The notes under the pieces are model-generated. The model worked only from the letters and a program-made list of their open reading frames with translations. It was not told where the DNA came from and did not search any database. DNA of 64,000 nt from contig JAPEUI010000028.1 in assembly GCA_026025075.1 (NCBI GenBank), positions 1 through 64,000 on the forward strand, read 5' to 3'. The translations under genes and the position numbers were made by a program. Positions within the stretch are counted from its first letter, which is position 1. Every line of letters begins with the position of its first letter. Origin of the DNA: Vezdaea acicularis. Taxonomy: Eukaryota. This document shows, in pieces, positions 49,985 through 63,692 of the stretch.

Positions 49985-52444
49985 ATGATGGCATCTCCAA
50001 CATCATCGTTCCCCGAGGCCCATGACCCTGATCCACTCTCCTTTAATAATCCCAAAGTCAATCCCTCACTGCCCTATAGCATTGAGTCTAAAGCAATCAC
50101 AGACATACCTGTACTGTCACTTCCTCCGAGAAACGGCCCCTGTATCTCGAATGTGGAGCAAAAACAGATGTTCTCCCAGCTCGAAGCAATTTTTCAACAG
50201 GCCGAGGAATTTGAAGGCGGCGTTGGAGTCAGCGAATTGCGCAGCCGACCTGGCTACGATGACCAGAATGAAAGAGCAGCCCCTCGCAACCATGTAGAGG
50301 CATTGAGAGATGTCAGAGCAATTCTGGATCAAATGTGGTGGTCCGATTCCTCGTATATCATCCGCGCGGCCGAAATCTTGGCGGATGCCAGTCGAGAGCG
50401 TTAGCCAGCCCCCAACTGTCCCCACATAGGCCATGTTAGATACACAGTTGCTAATCTGCTGAGTAGCTGACTGGAGGTTACCGTTTGGAGAGTCTGGGAT
50501 TCTAGATTTCTTTCTACACGTAGCTAGTACCGATGGAGTAAGCTCAGAGCTTCTCCTTCACGCCCTACGACTGATTGGCAACTCGTGTGCAGATAGAAGT
50601 AAGCGTTCTCAATGATCTATTGAGTACGTTTGGAGAGACCGTGAAGCTTACATTCGCCAGATCAAAACCGACAGCTGGTGTTGGAGAGTGGCTGTATGCA
50701 CTCACTTGTTCGTAGTATACAAAATCCGGCCGTTGGAAAGATATCCATTCCCGTAGTATACAATGTTTGTGTTGATTTTGGTGAGTATGCTAGCATCATA
50801 CTACGTATAGAAAAGCTAGGCTAACATAGAGGGAGAACCTGCGCAATTGCAGGCTTGCAATGACGGAGTGATACCTGGGATTATAGATTTCTTAGCTGGT
50901 CCACGGCAATTCATATTCGAGACCGCTGCAGTACTTGGCATTGCGTGCCGCCTGCTAGACTTAATACTTAGTACATGTAAGGGACTAAATGTGCTGATAA
51001 GGTTGACTGAGCTGACATGGAGAAAGCTAATGGCATTGATTCTTTCCCCGACAATGCCATTCAAGTCCTTCTCGGACTTGCGACTAATTCTCAGACGGAC
51101 GACGTCGATGACTATCTTTCCTTAATCAACACGACTATGACTCTCCTCTCATCGCAACGGTTCCAGGAGTATGTTCTCACGAATAAGAAACTGCAAATTC
51201 CACTCTCCATTCTAGTCGACTCCTATTCACGGTTTAGCGATCCCGAATCTCCAATGCCCAATCTCTCGAATCTCGAGCTAAATTCTCCGACTGGGTCTAC
51301 AGATACAAGCAACCCTTTAGACGATCCGTCTCACCTCCTTAGTAATATGCGGACGTCGATGATACAAATTCTCTCCGACATTTCCGCCCTTGCCGAATTC
51401 CCGGAGGCATACCCCCTCTCCTCGCCCCTGATTAATTCCATCCGCGTCTGGCTCTCACTCCCCCAGAGTCAGCTTCAGATTTGCGCGGCTGTCATGCTTG
51501 GAAACATTGCTCGCGCCGATTCTATCTGTATAACTATGATACACACTCTCAGCATTCATACTCCCCTTCTGAATACCCTCCGCAACAGCAACGACAACGC
51601 CCTCCTCCACGCCACCCTTTCCTTCCTCAAAAACCTCGCGATTCCTGCCTCCAACAAGGCAATACTTGGCTCGGCAGATCTAATCCCGATTCTGGGCCGA
51701 CTCTGGCAACTCGACTCCTCGCCCCAACTACAACAAACCGCTACCTCCCTCACGCGCCAACTAATAATCTCCTGCCTCCCCAACATCCAACGGCTCCTTG
51801 CCCCCCTAAGCACCGACCCAGAATCCCCTGCAAACTCCCGCACCCACCTCAGCCTCCTCCTCAGCCTCTGCGACCGCTCGGACCAGCTCCCCACCCGCAC
51901 CGAAATCGCCCGCATCGTCGTCGCCATCCTACGCGTCCTCCACCGTGAAACCACCCCTTCCGCAGCCTCTCCTGCAGTCTCAACCCCAAACGAAGCCACA
52001 GACGTCACACCCACAACCCCCTCTCCTGCGCCCTACGCTCTCACTCCCGTGACCTCCTCGCAGCAAGCCGAAGCCCTCGCCCTGCAACAAACCCTCTACA
52101 CCCTCCACCCTGACCTCGCACGCCCCCTCACTGTGATGGTGAGCCAGACCAGCTACCCCGTCGTCCGCTCCGAAGGCTGGTTCGCCTTCGCGCTCATGGC
52201 CCGCACGCCCGAAGGCGCGGCCTGCGTGGATGATCTGATGATGGGAATGGGCTTTTTCCGAATCCTGGCCGAGACCATCAGAGGGTCTACGGAGGAAGAA
52301 GGCGCGAAGACGAAAGATAGAGATAACGCTCTCCTTTTGGTGAGTGAACTGTTGAAGTGGCAGGGCGAAGGCATGGATGGCGTGCGTGGCTATTGTTTGA
52401 GGGATTTGCTGCATGGAAGGGAACCCGGTCTTTTGGGAAATTAG
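49985..52444 (+). CDS. ARM-repeat GDP-dissociation stimulator (SmgGDS/RAP1GDS1, Bem4-like), 5 exons
   Basis: LADASRE|PDWRLPFGESGILDFFL..ALRLIGNSCADR|NQNR, AAVMLGNIARAD, SFLKNLAIPASNK and VVRSEGWFAFALMAR. Start codon uncertain. Confidence 0.8.
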
Positions 52445-54471
52445 CTGGGTGGGATTATAATGGCAATGGTGAGGAGTTTGGAGGGAGTCTCTGCTCTGGC
52501 TGGCGGGCTGGTTGGCATATTTGGCGCATTGCATATTCACCTTACCTCACCTCACTCGTTTTTCTTTCTTCACTGTCTCGGCGTTTCACACTCCTCTTTT
52601 CGCCTCTGGCATCGACTCCCCTTTCACCTCTAGTATCAACTCCGGTTCATCTCCTCCCCCTCTCCCTCATATCTTGGTGTTCTGTTTTTGCTTCAGCGCA
52701 CAATATTGTAGCATAGCTTCACTCAATTGTATCATCTCGGCGTCATCGGTCGGGTTAGATAGAGACGGCCGTTCTCTCTTCTCCCTCGGTTTTGGAAGGG
52801 GAGATGCTTCGTCTGTAGAAAGAAATATTTGCCACTCTATTTCACATCTTTGCTGGAGCGTGTTTGATTGTGGCTTGTGGTGCTTAGTGGGAACGGTACC
52901 TGAATTGGAGGTGGGAGGACCAGTTAGGGATAGGCTCGCTGGCTGGGATGGGGAGGCTGGGTTGGGGAAGGTGGGTCATCTGAGAATAGATGGAGGTACT
53001 CTACATTGATAAGTAGGAAGCTTGGAACCATTAGCTTGTTATGGAGACAGACAGGCTAGTAGGTATGCGGAGTCACACGTGGTCTTGATTGAATCGGATT
53101 TATTGAAGAGGGTGGCAACATTGGTTTTGTCGAGATAGTTCCTCGTTATGGAAGGCGGTCGTCTCCTGCTTTCACTGAGATTGCTCTCTTCGTTTTTCGT
53201 CTTTTCAGCGTAGCTTTTTGCTTGACTCCTCGAGCCACTTCGTTTTCGGCTGCTAGGCTTTTCACCATCCTCAGGAAAGAGAAATGATTCCTCCCGTTTC
53301 TGTGGCGGCCATTGGAAGAGCTGGAGTATGATTTCGCTTCCACCACGCAAACTTTTTCCTGGACCCAATGATATAAGTCTAATAGAAACCAGGCTTTGGT
53401 AGCCTTGTGTGCTCTCTTTCGTTTCCTTACGAGACGCTTAGATTATCCATCGACCCTCCTCTACTCCTTAAAAGGGCTGAGGAAGACCAGAGTATTCACC
53501 AGACAGACAAATAGTTACCAAGGGTTGTGCGCGTTTTGTGGAGAAGGAAAAGAGGCAGCGGGACCTGAGAGGGTAGAGGGCGAGGTCAGTATGGCTACGC
53601 TCATTTTGTATGCCCCCCGTAATCTGCGTCCTGCTATTTCCCCGAGGAAAGAGGGTGCCTTCTTCCCGGAAGTCGCTTCTGGAGCGTTGGGAGACTCCCG
53701 TGTGGCGGTCGTTGGCTCATACAGGAAGATCCTAAGAAACGACCGGACTTTTTTATAGGATATGTCCTCGCCACTTCGCTCCATGTAGATCGCCCTCCTT
53801 TCTAGTATGAGTGCTGCAAGAAAGCGCCTTCCGGACCGTACGCCCTTTGGCTATGCTGTTGGTCAAAAACAGGCTATATGGGTGGAGCACCAGATGTTAA
53901 AAGGCTTCAATTCAATACTTCACATACGCTGAGGCCTTTGGACGGCCAAGGGAATGGCCAAAAGGTTTGTCCTGCCCATGGTCAGAGTTTTGGTGCGTTC
54001 CGGAGCGGTCCATGAAATGAGCCGTATTCCAAATAACGAGGCCGTGATCCATTTAATGAGGGATTATTCATGTTGTGAGAGGACGCTTTTGCGATGGGAG
54101 GGGATCCATATAATGAAGCGTGGTCCATAGATTGAGGCGTTATCCAAATTATGGGAGTGAGCTTATGTAAGGAGGGGCGCCCACACAATGTCCGTTCACC
54201 GAGACGGTGAGAGACAGCCCGCTCAAGGGATAGATGTATGTGTAGTTACGGGCTGTTAGTGGGCCAAGGGCTTTAGCATCCTCTTTAGGTGGTTCAAAGC
54301 CTACGCGGCAGAAGTTTAGGGAGCGGACGGTCGAGTAGATCGAGACAATGACTCCGATGCGCCTCTCGTGGCATGGAAGCTTGATAACCAACACAACGGT
54401 GGAATTGTTCGCACCATCCATGCGCCCCCTTTTTATATTCTTCCATCCGCTATCTCACAATCGCCCGCCAT

Positions 54472-55232
54472 TTAAGCCGTCGGGAAGTTTGGATCGTACA
54501 TCTCGTAACCCTCATCCTCCGTATCACTCTCCGCAGGCTCCTTCGACTTCGGCGCCTCTTCGCTGGGTAGTTTCTTGAACCCTTCGCTGGCTTCAATAAC
54601 TGGCTCTTCCTTTTCAGGCTTACTAAATGCACTCTTGAATCCACCCTTCTTAAAGCCCCCCACGCTCGTACCGTTGCTATCTAGCTTGACTGGCTTGATG
54701 GTGATGAGCCCACTCCTTTCATCCGCTTTGCGTTCTGCTTTGCGTGCCTTGTTCAGAGCTTGTGGATCTTTCTGCATCTGCTTCATCTCCTTGAGGCGCT
54801 GTGACACATCGTTAGGGGAAATCGAAGGAGATCTGGTTGGGTATTAGAAACCTTCTTGTGTTGATGGTCATAAGATGTTTCATGGGCTTCAAATTCGTTC
54901 ATGCGCTTGTACCCCTGAGGCATGGTCTTAGTTTTGGACACTTGTGAATGTGGTTTATATGATAATCACTTTTTGACATAATTCGCCTTGATTACATAGT
55001 GGCATTAGTGAGAGCCATTAAGTTGCCATTTAATATGGTAGTTCCTACAGAAGAATGATTTCACAGCTTCCCGAGCGCTCTCAGTCTGTCGGGAGAATTA
55101 TTCAATACACAGAACATCATGACGGATCCGTTTTGGTGGAGGTACCTTCGGCGCCGGGTTGGTAAAGCCTCTCTAGAATGTTCGTTAGCTTCTACAAATC
55201 TACATGGTATATTAACGACCCACAGGCGGCAT
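54472..55232 (-). CDS. Small C2H2 (JAZ/U1-like) zinc-finger protein, 6 exons, 159 aa
   Basis: Exons 55232-55224, 55172-55146, 55085-55049, 54986-54970, 54914-54852 and 54798-54472 sum to 480 nt. Motif [35 protein letters not shown], then GGFKKGGFKSAF. Confidence 0.88.
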
Positions 55233-55415
55233 GTTGAGAAAAAAGATGTATGAATCTCCAAATACATAGGTCATACGTAAGAGCTAGTTTGAGGGCTATG
55301 AAATCTTAGCGACTGAACGTCTGAAGTCCTCGGTAAAATATCTCGTCGTGCTCGCATACCTTGTGCCTCCACCACCACCTATCTGGATTCTTCGTCACAG
55401 AGCATAAACCTCGCA

Positions 55416-55843
55416 ATGCCTCCATTTCAGCGTAAACCATTTCTCCCATCATCATTCAATGACACAGTTGCAGCGAAATACCGAGTGCAACTCAAGCGCC
55501 ACCCGTTCTTGCTCTTCGGCCTGCCGTTCATTATCACTATGGTTGCAGGCTCCTTCTTCTTGACCCCAGCGACAGCTCTGAGATATGAGAAGCAGGATAG
55601 GAAGGTTAGGCAGATGAGCCAGGAGGAAGCTTTAGGCCTTGGAAAGGACAGAAGGAGAGTCACAATGGATGTTGCAGCAGAGGAGTACTATGTTAGTTTA
55701 GCTTTTCTAAGTTGGGTTCCCCAGGTCTTAGGGATTTTGCTAATCGCTGTTTTGATCTACAGAGGCTTGCGGCAAAAGACTTGGATAATTGGGAGCAAAG
55801 GAGGGTTAAGCGGTTGCCTGGAGAGCCCGATGGTATTCTTTGA
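55416..55843 (+). CDS. COX16: Cytochrome c oxidase assembly protein Cox16, 2 exons
   Basis: HPFLLFGLPFIITMVAGSFFLTPATALRYEK..EEYY|RLAAKDLDNWEQRRVKRLPGE. Confidence 0.93.
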
Positions 55844-55972
55844 AGGCCTTGAACACGGATGAGCAACCTCACTCTACGCCAGAACTCCCTTAGATGCCCC
55901 GAAAACCGGAATGGTCTCACGCCGAGCTCCTACACGCCCACGAAGAGCTACATGGATCTACTTTTAGAATGA

Positions 55973-56969
55973 TCACCAGCCTTCCATCTCCGCCATTGCC
56001 TCCATATCATCATCAAAATTATCCTCAGTCGACGCTGTGGATACAGCAAGAGGCTTCATTGCCCTGTCCATTGTCATTGCCGAATCTTCAGTGAGAAGCG
56101 CATCTAATTCATCCTCATCAGGATCCTTCTCGTTGTCTGAGACAAACAGTGCAGAGCTTAGTTCTCCACCTTGAGGCCGCATCGTCCGATTAGCTGCTGG
56201 AGACAAGCCATAAAGATCATCATCCTCGACGGGATATATCTCTGGCGTTCTCTGCCTCTCACCATTCACTTCGGCACTTGCATCCTCCATGTTCCTGCCT
56301 GCAGCGTTATCCTCTTCTTCCCGCGTCTTCAGTTCCGGGGCTTCGGCTGGAGCTCTTGGTCTCCCCTCATCGATCCACTCTCTTCGCATTGCCTGGATGC
56401 GCTTAGTATGCCCGAGCTTTTCAACCATAGCTAGCGCATCCGCAAACTTAGCCTTTGGAAACAAGTCGTCCAGCCACAGTTGATAAAAGTTAAGAAGTCG
56501 TTGGACATCGGAGTATTCATGACTCTTGCCTTTGAATTTGAGCCGCTGTCTAACGGTGCGACGGAGCTTTGGAATGCCATTTTGGGAGAGGAGTCTATGC
56601 TCGAGTGTTAGTAGATAAAGAAGGATGAGTCGTGTCTACAAACCGATTATCGTCTAGTTTAACCGTAACCCGTTTCGACTTTGCAACTTTGACGGTTTCC
56701 TCGATGCCCAAGCTATCTGTCCCACCTGTTCTTCCTGTGCCATTCCTACTCGATTGTGGATTGGCCTGTACTGGAGCATCCATGTTCAGATCAACATCCG
56801 CTAGAAGATCGTCAACGTCATAGTCGAGAAGGTCATCGAGCTCATCTCTACGAGCTGGAGCAGGCTTTAGTGGGGCTTCATTTGGTCTACGTGTGGGTGG
56901 TTCATTCGAATCGAAGTCGTTCATGTAGTCTTGTAGGTAGGAACTCTGATTTGCGGTGACTGTCGCCAT
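55973..56969 (-). CDS. CSM3: Replication fork protection subunit Csm3/Swi3/TIPIN, 2 exons
   Basis: VKLDDNR|LLSQNGIPKLR..KFKGKSHEYSDVQRLLNFYQLWLDDLFPKAKFADALAMVEKLGH. Confidence 0.93.
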
Positions 56970-57065
56970 TTTGGTCTTAGGAATTCGGTTCCTAGGTCCT
57001 CACAGGATGCCAACGTGCTGCATAGAATCTTTGTATATCGCAGATGTTACAAGTGATCCTGGAAG

Positions 57066-57076
57066 ACGCGACGCGT
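57066..57076. promoter_or_regulatory. Tandem MCB element (ACGCG-ACGCGT) upstream of CSM3
   Basis: Double MluI-type box ~100 bp upstream of the ATG of a replication gene. Confidence 0.65.
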
Positions 57077-57218
57077 TTAGAGCAAGATTAAGCGAACCTT
57101 GAACTTGGCTTGGCGCTTGAATTGGCAGTACCTAAAATCGCTCCTGCTGAGCCTCTGCCGAACAGCCCGTTTGCCCATCCCCGATCTGCAGGCGATTGAT
57201 GCCAATTGTATCGCCATC

Positions 57219-57963
57219 ATGGCAACTCCAAGTACACCGACGCAGCAAAGGATCGTAGTACCGCCAAAGAGGTCGAACACAGAGTTTCCGGTGGGTAATA
57301 AGTCGTAATCTCTGTCTTTGCCCAAGCTAATCTGTCGACACAGCTGATTGACAGTGACCCGTAAGCTACAACGTGGAGGAGCTCAGATCGTCCATGGTTT
57401 CTGACTAGGCAAGCAGACATTTTAAAAGAGTCATAGGTTATGCTCGGACTCGAGACTATGCAGAGGGTGCTGCTATGGCAGCGTTTGGCCCCGGGCTCTT
57501 ACTTACACTCGAGAAGTTCGCGCCGTCGTACGTTGGAAAGGGCGGATTTCCGCCACTTTTAAGGTTGGCTGTCGGACTGGGACTTGGAGCTGGCTTCTTC
57601 CATGTCTATCAAAGCTCGTCATGTGCGCATATCCCAACGTGGAAGGAAATATAGACATCTCGCTAATCAATATTTGATTACATAGTACGATTCTACGGCT
57701 GGACGGAAAATAAGCGCGAGCAGGAGATGGATATGCGGGAGATGGTTGCCAAAGTCAAGAAAGGCGAACGGCTCTATGGTGAGAGCACAATGACCCCATA
57801 CATGCAAGGCATGGCGGCGCGAAACTCGAGATACACGGGGCTATGGCTGCATGTACTGCCTTGGTTCAACTTGGTCAATCATGATCAACATGGCGTGGAT
57901 ACTGCGAAGTATTACCAACAGGCAGAGCGAGAGCTGGAAGCAGAGAGGATGGAGAAGTCATAA
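57219..57963 (+). CDS. Complex I 20.9/21 kDa accessory subunit (NUXM/NUO-20.9 type), 4 exons
   Basis: NTEFP|LIDSDP|HFKRVIGYARTRDY..|RFYGWTENKREQEMDMREMVAKVKKGERLYGES..PWFNLVNHDQHGVDTAKYY. Confidence 0.9.
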
Positions 57964-58145
57964 AATTTAAATCAATAACCTTGTTGCACATTCTCTATGG
58001 TACAGGTGGAGGCCTTGATCTTAGGAAATTCATAGCTTGTGGATATAAAAATTGCAATCTTGCCATTGCCTCGAACCAAATTCCTAGGCAAAGGTTGGGA
58101 TTATATAAACCAGTCATACATGTTCTATACAGATCCAGCCTCCCA

Positions 58146-59117
58146 CTACATCCACGCCCCCACAACTGGTACACTACTATACAGCTTGTCATACCCGGCC
58201 CCCACCCACCCCTTTGCCTCTCCACCCCTTCCAACAACCCCTAAACCTCCGCTCATCCATAAGGCCGCTAATCCCACCGCCAAAAAGTTGATCACCCATT
58301 TCCTCCTTTGTACCACCCTCCCTCTCTCCGGACCCAGCACCTCCGCACTCTCTGGCGCCCATCCCCACCACTTTGACATTCCCCAAACAACATGCCAACT
58401 TGCCGTCCCTACCAGACTAACATACCCCAACCAATGCATAACGGGATGCCTTGCAAATCCATGCGCGACGTACCCAAGCCCCACTCCCGAGCTCCCGCCC
58501 TCCACTTTCAACGGCGTCAAACGATTTAAGACAACATGTATGCCCACCAACGGACCGAGCGCATACCCGAGTATGCTCGTACCGGAAAACCTCGCCCACT
58601 TAACGTGTCGCTGGTGGTCAATCAAGCCCTCGACGCCGTAGCGGCGCGCCTGCTCGAAGCGGCGATGGAGGCGGAGTGCGAGGCCGGCGCCGATGTGCGC
58701 GGCCAAGGGAAGGACCACGATGAGAGGCTCAGCGAGTGGTGATTGGTAGTATGGTCGCGTAAGGAGGATATATGGTTCTGAGGCGGTGACGGAGCGTGTA
58801 AGGAGCGGGATGAGCGAGGTGTTGGTTATGTGTGCGATGAGGTAGAGTGAGAAGGTGTAGGAGGAATATTTTTGGACGCGGATGACTGTGGATGCGCGGA
58901 TTAGTCAAATAAACTCGGGGAACTGGGGTACGAAGGGAGGAATTATACGGTAGTAGTTGATGTTATGAGAGAGCCCGAGGGGGGAAGTGTGTGAAGGTGG
59001 TACAAAGGGACTTTGTTTTGACTGGGAGGGTAGCGGCGAGTCGATTGGTGAGGGAGAGAGCTGTTGTAGAGGATCAGGATCGTCCGGTGGGTCGCCTGGA
59101 AGTGGAGGTCTGTCCAT
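58146..59117 (-). CDS. MCP1: Mitochondrial outer-membrane adapter Mcp1-like protein, 2 exons
   Basis: RVQKYSSYTFSLYLIAHITNTSLIPL, EPYILLTRPYYQ, AHIGAGLALR, HVVLNRLTPL and several TM segments. Confidence 0.8.
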
Positions 59118-59588
59118 ATTTGATTTGCGTGTGTATTATAATGGTTGGGCTCGAGGTGTAATGTAGGTACAGGCTTACGCTACGATAGACATGGCGAGTC
59201 GCATTTGACGAACCTGGCATCGAGGGCGAAAGGTCAGGATACTCATGAACTTCAATAGCATCTCAACGCACTTTCAATGTTTGCAATGGTACCATATCTT
59301 CAAAGGCTTCGAGGCAGAACTTCTAGTAGTACTTTCTGTGCATCCTGACCTAGTCTGTAGATGCTATTGTCGTGTTCTACTTATCGTCAAAATCTCAAAG
59401 CAGATGGCTTTAAGTTTCTTTTGAGAGGAAGCAGCAAATCTTAGGATCTACGCCTGTCACCGTCTAACCCTCAGGATAGAACATTCTTTCCAGGTTCAAA
59501 AGGAAGGGGAACGCCGTCGCTATACCTAATGCACGCTCAAAGGAGCAGGATATAGAAGAGAGAGCATGGAAGCATTATACTAAACCGT

Positions 59589-62500
59589 CTAATGAAGAGC
59601 CCCGTTTGTCTGTGAAATCCCTTGGGCAGCAAGCGCCGCTGCTATTGCGGTATTAGCATCTGCCTGTTGTACTACTCCCTGGACGATAGCCTGCTCGTCG
59701 GTGTTGAGGTGCTTGGTTAAACTGTCGTACAAGGATGGTTGCTCCTGTCGCAAAGCTGCTTAAGATTAGCATCGCAAACCTGAGACTTCGTATCGCACTT
59801 ACTAAAGAAAGCGTCACGGAAAAGCGTGTAGGGCTCGATTTTGTCGAGGGGAGTCTCAAGTAAGCTTTCCTCCTCGAGCTCATCGTCGACGTCGTCGGCC
59901 TGAGCAAATCTCTGAGCCTTACGCTAAGTCAGTAATGTGTGTGGTGGTCAACAAAGACGCAGTCCACCCACCTCTTCGTTTAGAAAATCTAGGTAAGCTT
60001 GATTTTCGTCAGTGACGTCTTGCTCCCCCTCATCAGGAGTTTCCCAGTTGTCAGCCTGATCCCATTCATCATGTTCACCATCTTCGATGCCATCATCACC
60101 CGAGAAATCTTCTTTTGTGGCCTCTTCGCGATCTAGAGCAGTCAATATCACTCGATAGTTTTCTGACTTGTTCTACTCACTCTTGATAGCAGCTGGGAGT
60201 GTTTGGAATAACCTGACGATACCCTGTAGTAGCCTTGGCCAGCCCTGTTGAACGCTTATAGGAACGTTGTCGCCTCGTAATTGCAGGAGCGCAACGATTG
60301 CACATATGGAAAGTTTTTTGTCATGCACTCTCGTGAAGTTGTCGATATTAGAAAACCATAAGCTGAAGAATTTGTTCGTCCAACCTTTCGACTCTAATAC
60401 CTGCATCGCCAAATTCGGGTTATAGTAAATGGCATTGACGACCATCTCTATCAAATGAATGCGGTACGATTTGACCTTGGGCTCGCTATTTGTGAGGGTG
60501 ACCATACCCATCTCCATGAATCTTGAGACGTAATTGTCGACATTACCTCGGAGATTTAGCATGAGGGCTTCTGCAAGCTTGCAGCCACATATCCGATCAA
60601 CACCACCGACCTTTTCATCTTTGAATATATCCTCAACCATGCTCACAATAGCGGCAAGGTATTGCGGATTCTTCAGCATATGATCAGATCCAAACTGAAT
60701 GAAGTTATCTAGGGCTGGGAGCATATCTTCTAGATAGAGCTCAGCGCCCGCCTTGAAGGTTCTATTCATCAGCTCAAAGGCCTGCCACATATACGGCGAA
60801 ATGGTCTTAGCGGAAAAGGTGCAGCTGTCTATGATCTCAAAAACTTCATTATACAGATCTTATTCGTTAGGACCTGGTACCTTTGTTGATATACAGATGA
60901 CTTACCATAAAGCTTGTTCTCCAGTGTAATCGTCACAATAGGCATGAGACTTGCTTCTAGCCTTAGTAGAACATCCGGGGTACTCTCTAGAGTCAGTATT
61001 AGAGTTCCGATAGTTTGCAAAATACCAAGTGCAGTGATGCTTTTATCGTCAAGATAATCGCCGTAGTCGTTATCATTGTCTCCTTTACTTGAATTTTTCT
61101 CAAGGAGTTCCCTTATAATACGGAGATAGGTGTCCCGAAGTTGGTCAGTTAGTGCTACAGCGAAGGGTGTGAGCTCCGCGCTGAACACCTCCACAAATTC
61201 TTCCATTACATTTGCTAGGGCATCCACATCAACCTCGTTGGCAAGCTTGAGAAGCTGCTGCATAATCTGCGCAATGTTCTGCCGCATTGCCTCCCGGATA
61301 ATGTCATGTTGTATTAGAGGCTGAAGAGCGAGAGCGGCCCCAACCCGTACAGGAAGCTCCGGATCGGCCATTGCCTCCAGGATGTATCGGTACATGATGA
61401 TCAGATTGTTTTGGTCACTGAATTGAAGAGAATCGAACTTTTCTAAAGTGTCGCAAGCACGAGCTCTGAGGAATCCGTGTTTGCTTTGAAATTCGGGGAA
61501 TACGTGCCGAACGAAGAAGTATTCTACTTGGTCTGCTATGGGACTTTTCTTGGCCAAGATGACAGATGATAAAGTTCCGATCATCCGCAACGCACCTTCC
61601 TTCTCCCGTGGATTCTTTTCAGCTTCCGGTGCCGCTTCATACTTGTTGACCACGTCGTTCACAAATTTCAGGATCGCAAACGTTTGCTTCTTTCGACTTT
61701 TGGTCATTGTTACCAAAAAGTTCGTTGCTGCAACGTCAGGAGCCGAGACCTCCTCATAGCAGTTCAGCTTTCGATGTAGGTACTCAGATGGGTCCTGCTC
61801 AAAAAGTTCCAGGTCATCGTCCGATTGGCACAGTATGGGGAAGATGAAATGTGAGACAAGAGTGTCGACATGAGGCTTCAAATGATCCCAAGTCGACTTA
61901 GGCTTGACGCATTCATCTAGGAATGCTAATGTGAAAGATAAGCACGCTTTGCTAAGCCACGCTGTCTTTGCCACCCATTTCTCGATCTGCTGCAGATATG
62001 CCTTCAAGATTTCAGGAGCAAAGCTTGTGATAAAGGTCTTAGAAAATTCAGCGTAGTTGTTCCCAGTGGTCGTAGAGAGTGTACTAGGGTTTCCGTATCT
62101 GTGAAAATTTCATATTAAGAACACAATTTGACTAGAATGTCTTGCTTTGGCGTACCTGACGAATAACCTATTAAGGTTTGCATAGGCCCATTTCTTTGAT
62201 TTCCACCAATGATTAAGCTCTCGATCCTCCAAATCTTCAGGCATAGCCTCAAGGGGGGCGTCCTTGTTTACCACCTGGATAAATAGCGTGCACCAACCGA
62301 CCATGGTACTTTGGTCCTTGAGATGGGGAGGAAGCTCGAACTGGTCGAAGAGAATCAGTACTCTATTGAGCTAAGAGAGGGTGTCTGACGAACTTGGATA
62401 GCGTGCTTGTATGATTTCATTACAAGCCTCAACATCTCCCCCGCTTCGTTACTCGTGGCTTCAAGCAGGCCATTACCTATTGTAAGTATCTGTGGAAATG

Positions 62501-63134
62501 TTGCCTGGACCACCTTGTCGAATTCCGCCCGATTGCCACCGGCCTTGTATCGATAGACCCTACATATTGCTAACAAACATTGTAAACCCGCAAAGACTTG
62601 GTCCGCGTCGTTCATTCCAAGTAATTGAATAGTAATATCTATGAAATTTGGCCATCTCTCTGGGAAGTCGTAGTGAAGAACTTTTTGTAGAATTGGTATT
62701 AGCTGGGCTCTTATTTGCGGCGTTGAACTTGAAAGTATGGGAAGTATTCGAGAGCGTATTGTAATCTTTTCGTCTTCAGCAATGGGATGGCCTGGTATCA
62801 GGTCTTCATCGGACCAGCCACGGTTCACGCGATTTTTGAGATACACGACAGCTGGAAAGCGTTATTAGCTTGGTATACTCCGACTGATAGCGAGACAAAC
62901 TTGACATTCGGGTAGCAGCATCATTTTCCGTCTCCAAAATGTCGAGGAGCGCGCTGCAGAACCATGGCTGCGCTTCAGCCTGTAACAGAGAGGCAAGAAG
63001 TCAGTACTAACGGTAGTGTAAGCAGACGACCTCATAGAACTCACAAACTTTAGATCAAGCTCTGCCTGCCTGCGGATATCAGAGCTCACATCGAGCGTTG
63101 ATTGTATGCGGCTACGAAGGCCAGTGACATCCAT
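59589..63134 (-). CDS. NMD5: Importin-7/8 family karyopherin (Nmd5/Sxm1), multi-exon
   Basis: IRRQAELDLK, YLKNRVNRGW, HYDFPERWP, WWKSKKWAYANLNRLFVRY, REKEGALRMIG, FLRARAC and RVHDKKL, with an acidic tail. Confidence 0.93.
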
Positions 63135-63692
63135 GTTGAATTATATTGCAACCAGTGTGCCACGCGCCTGGAATTTGAATTTAGGCCCTGGCCAAGCAGA
63201 GGACCTGGAGAGACTCTACACACCGCCCAAGACCGCCCAAGAGTCAGTAGCAAGGATAGGTGTAGATATATTGTAGGATGAACAATGATTGCTATTTTGT
63301 AAGGACAAGTTTAGATTTCTTCTAGAAGTTGCTTTTATTTTTCCTCCTGCAAGGAGCGACTGGGGTGTGGCATGAATGCACGGACGAGATGCAGTTTTAT
63401 GAGAGCTCGGTCTAGCTCGCAAATGTGTTGACACTAAATTTGTGGCAACGGCATGTTCGACAACCAAAGATATTACAGCTTATCACTATGCACCATTTTC
63501 AATACAAATTTTATTGGAGGTAATGGTCATTTCGAGGTCTTGCGACGGACAAGAAGACATCCATTGAATCTCATGATTTCAAGATATACTACCATAATCT
63601 CAATGCTCTTTTGCATCGCGAGTCCATGCAAGCGATTCAAAGATGCTCTACTACTTACAGGCTTACCACAGTTCTGGTCATTGCAGACGCCT

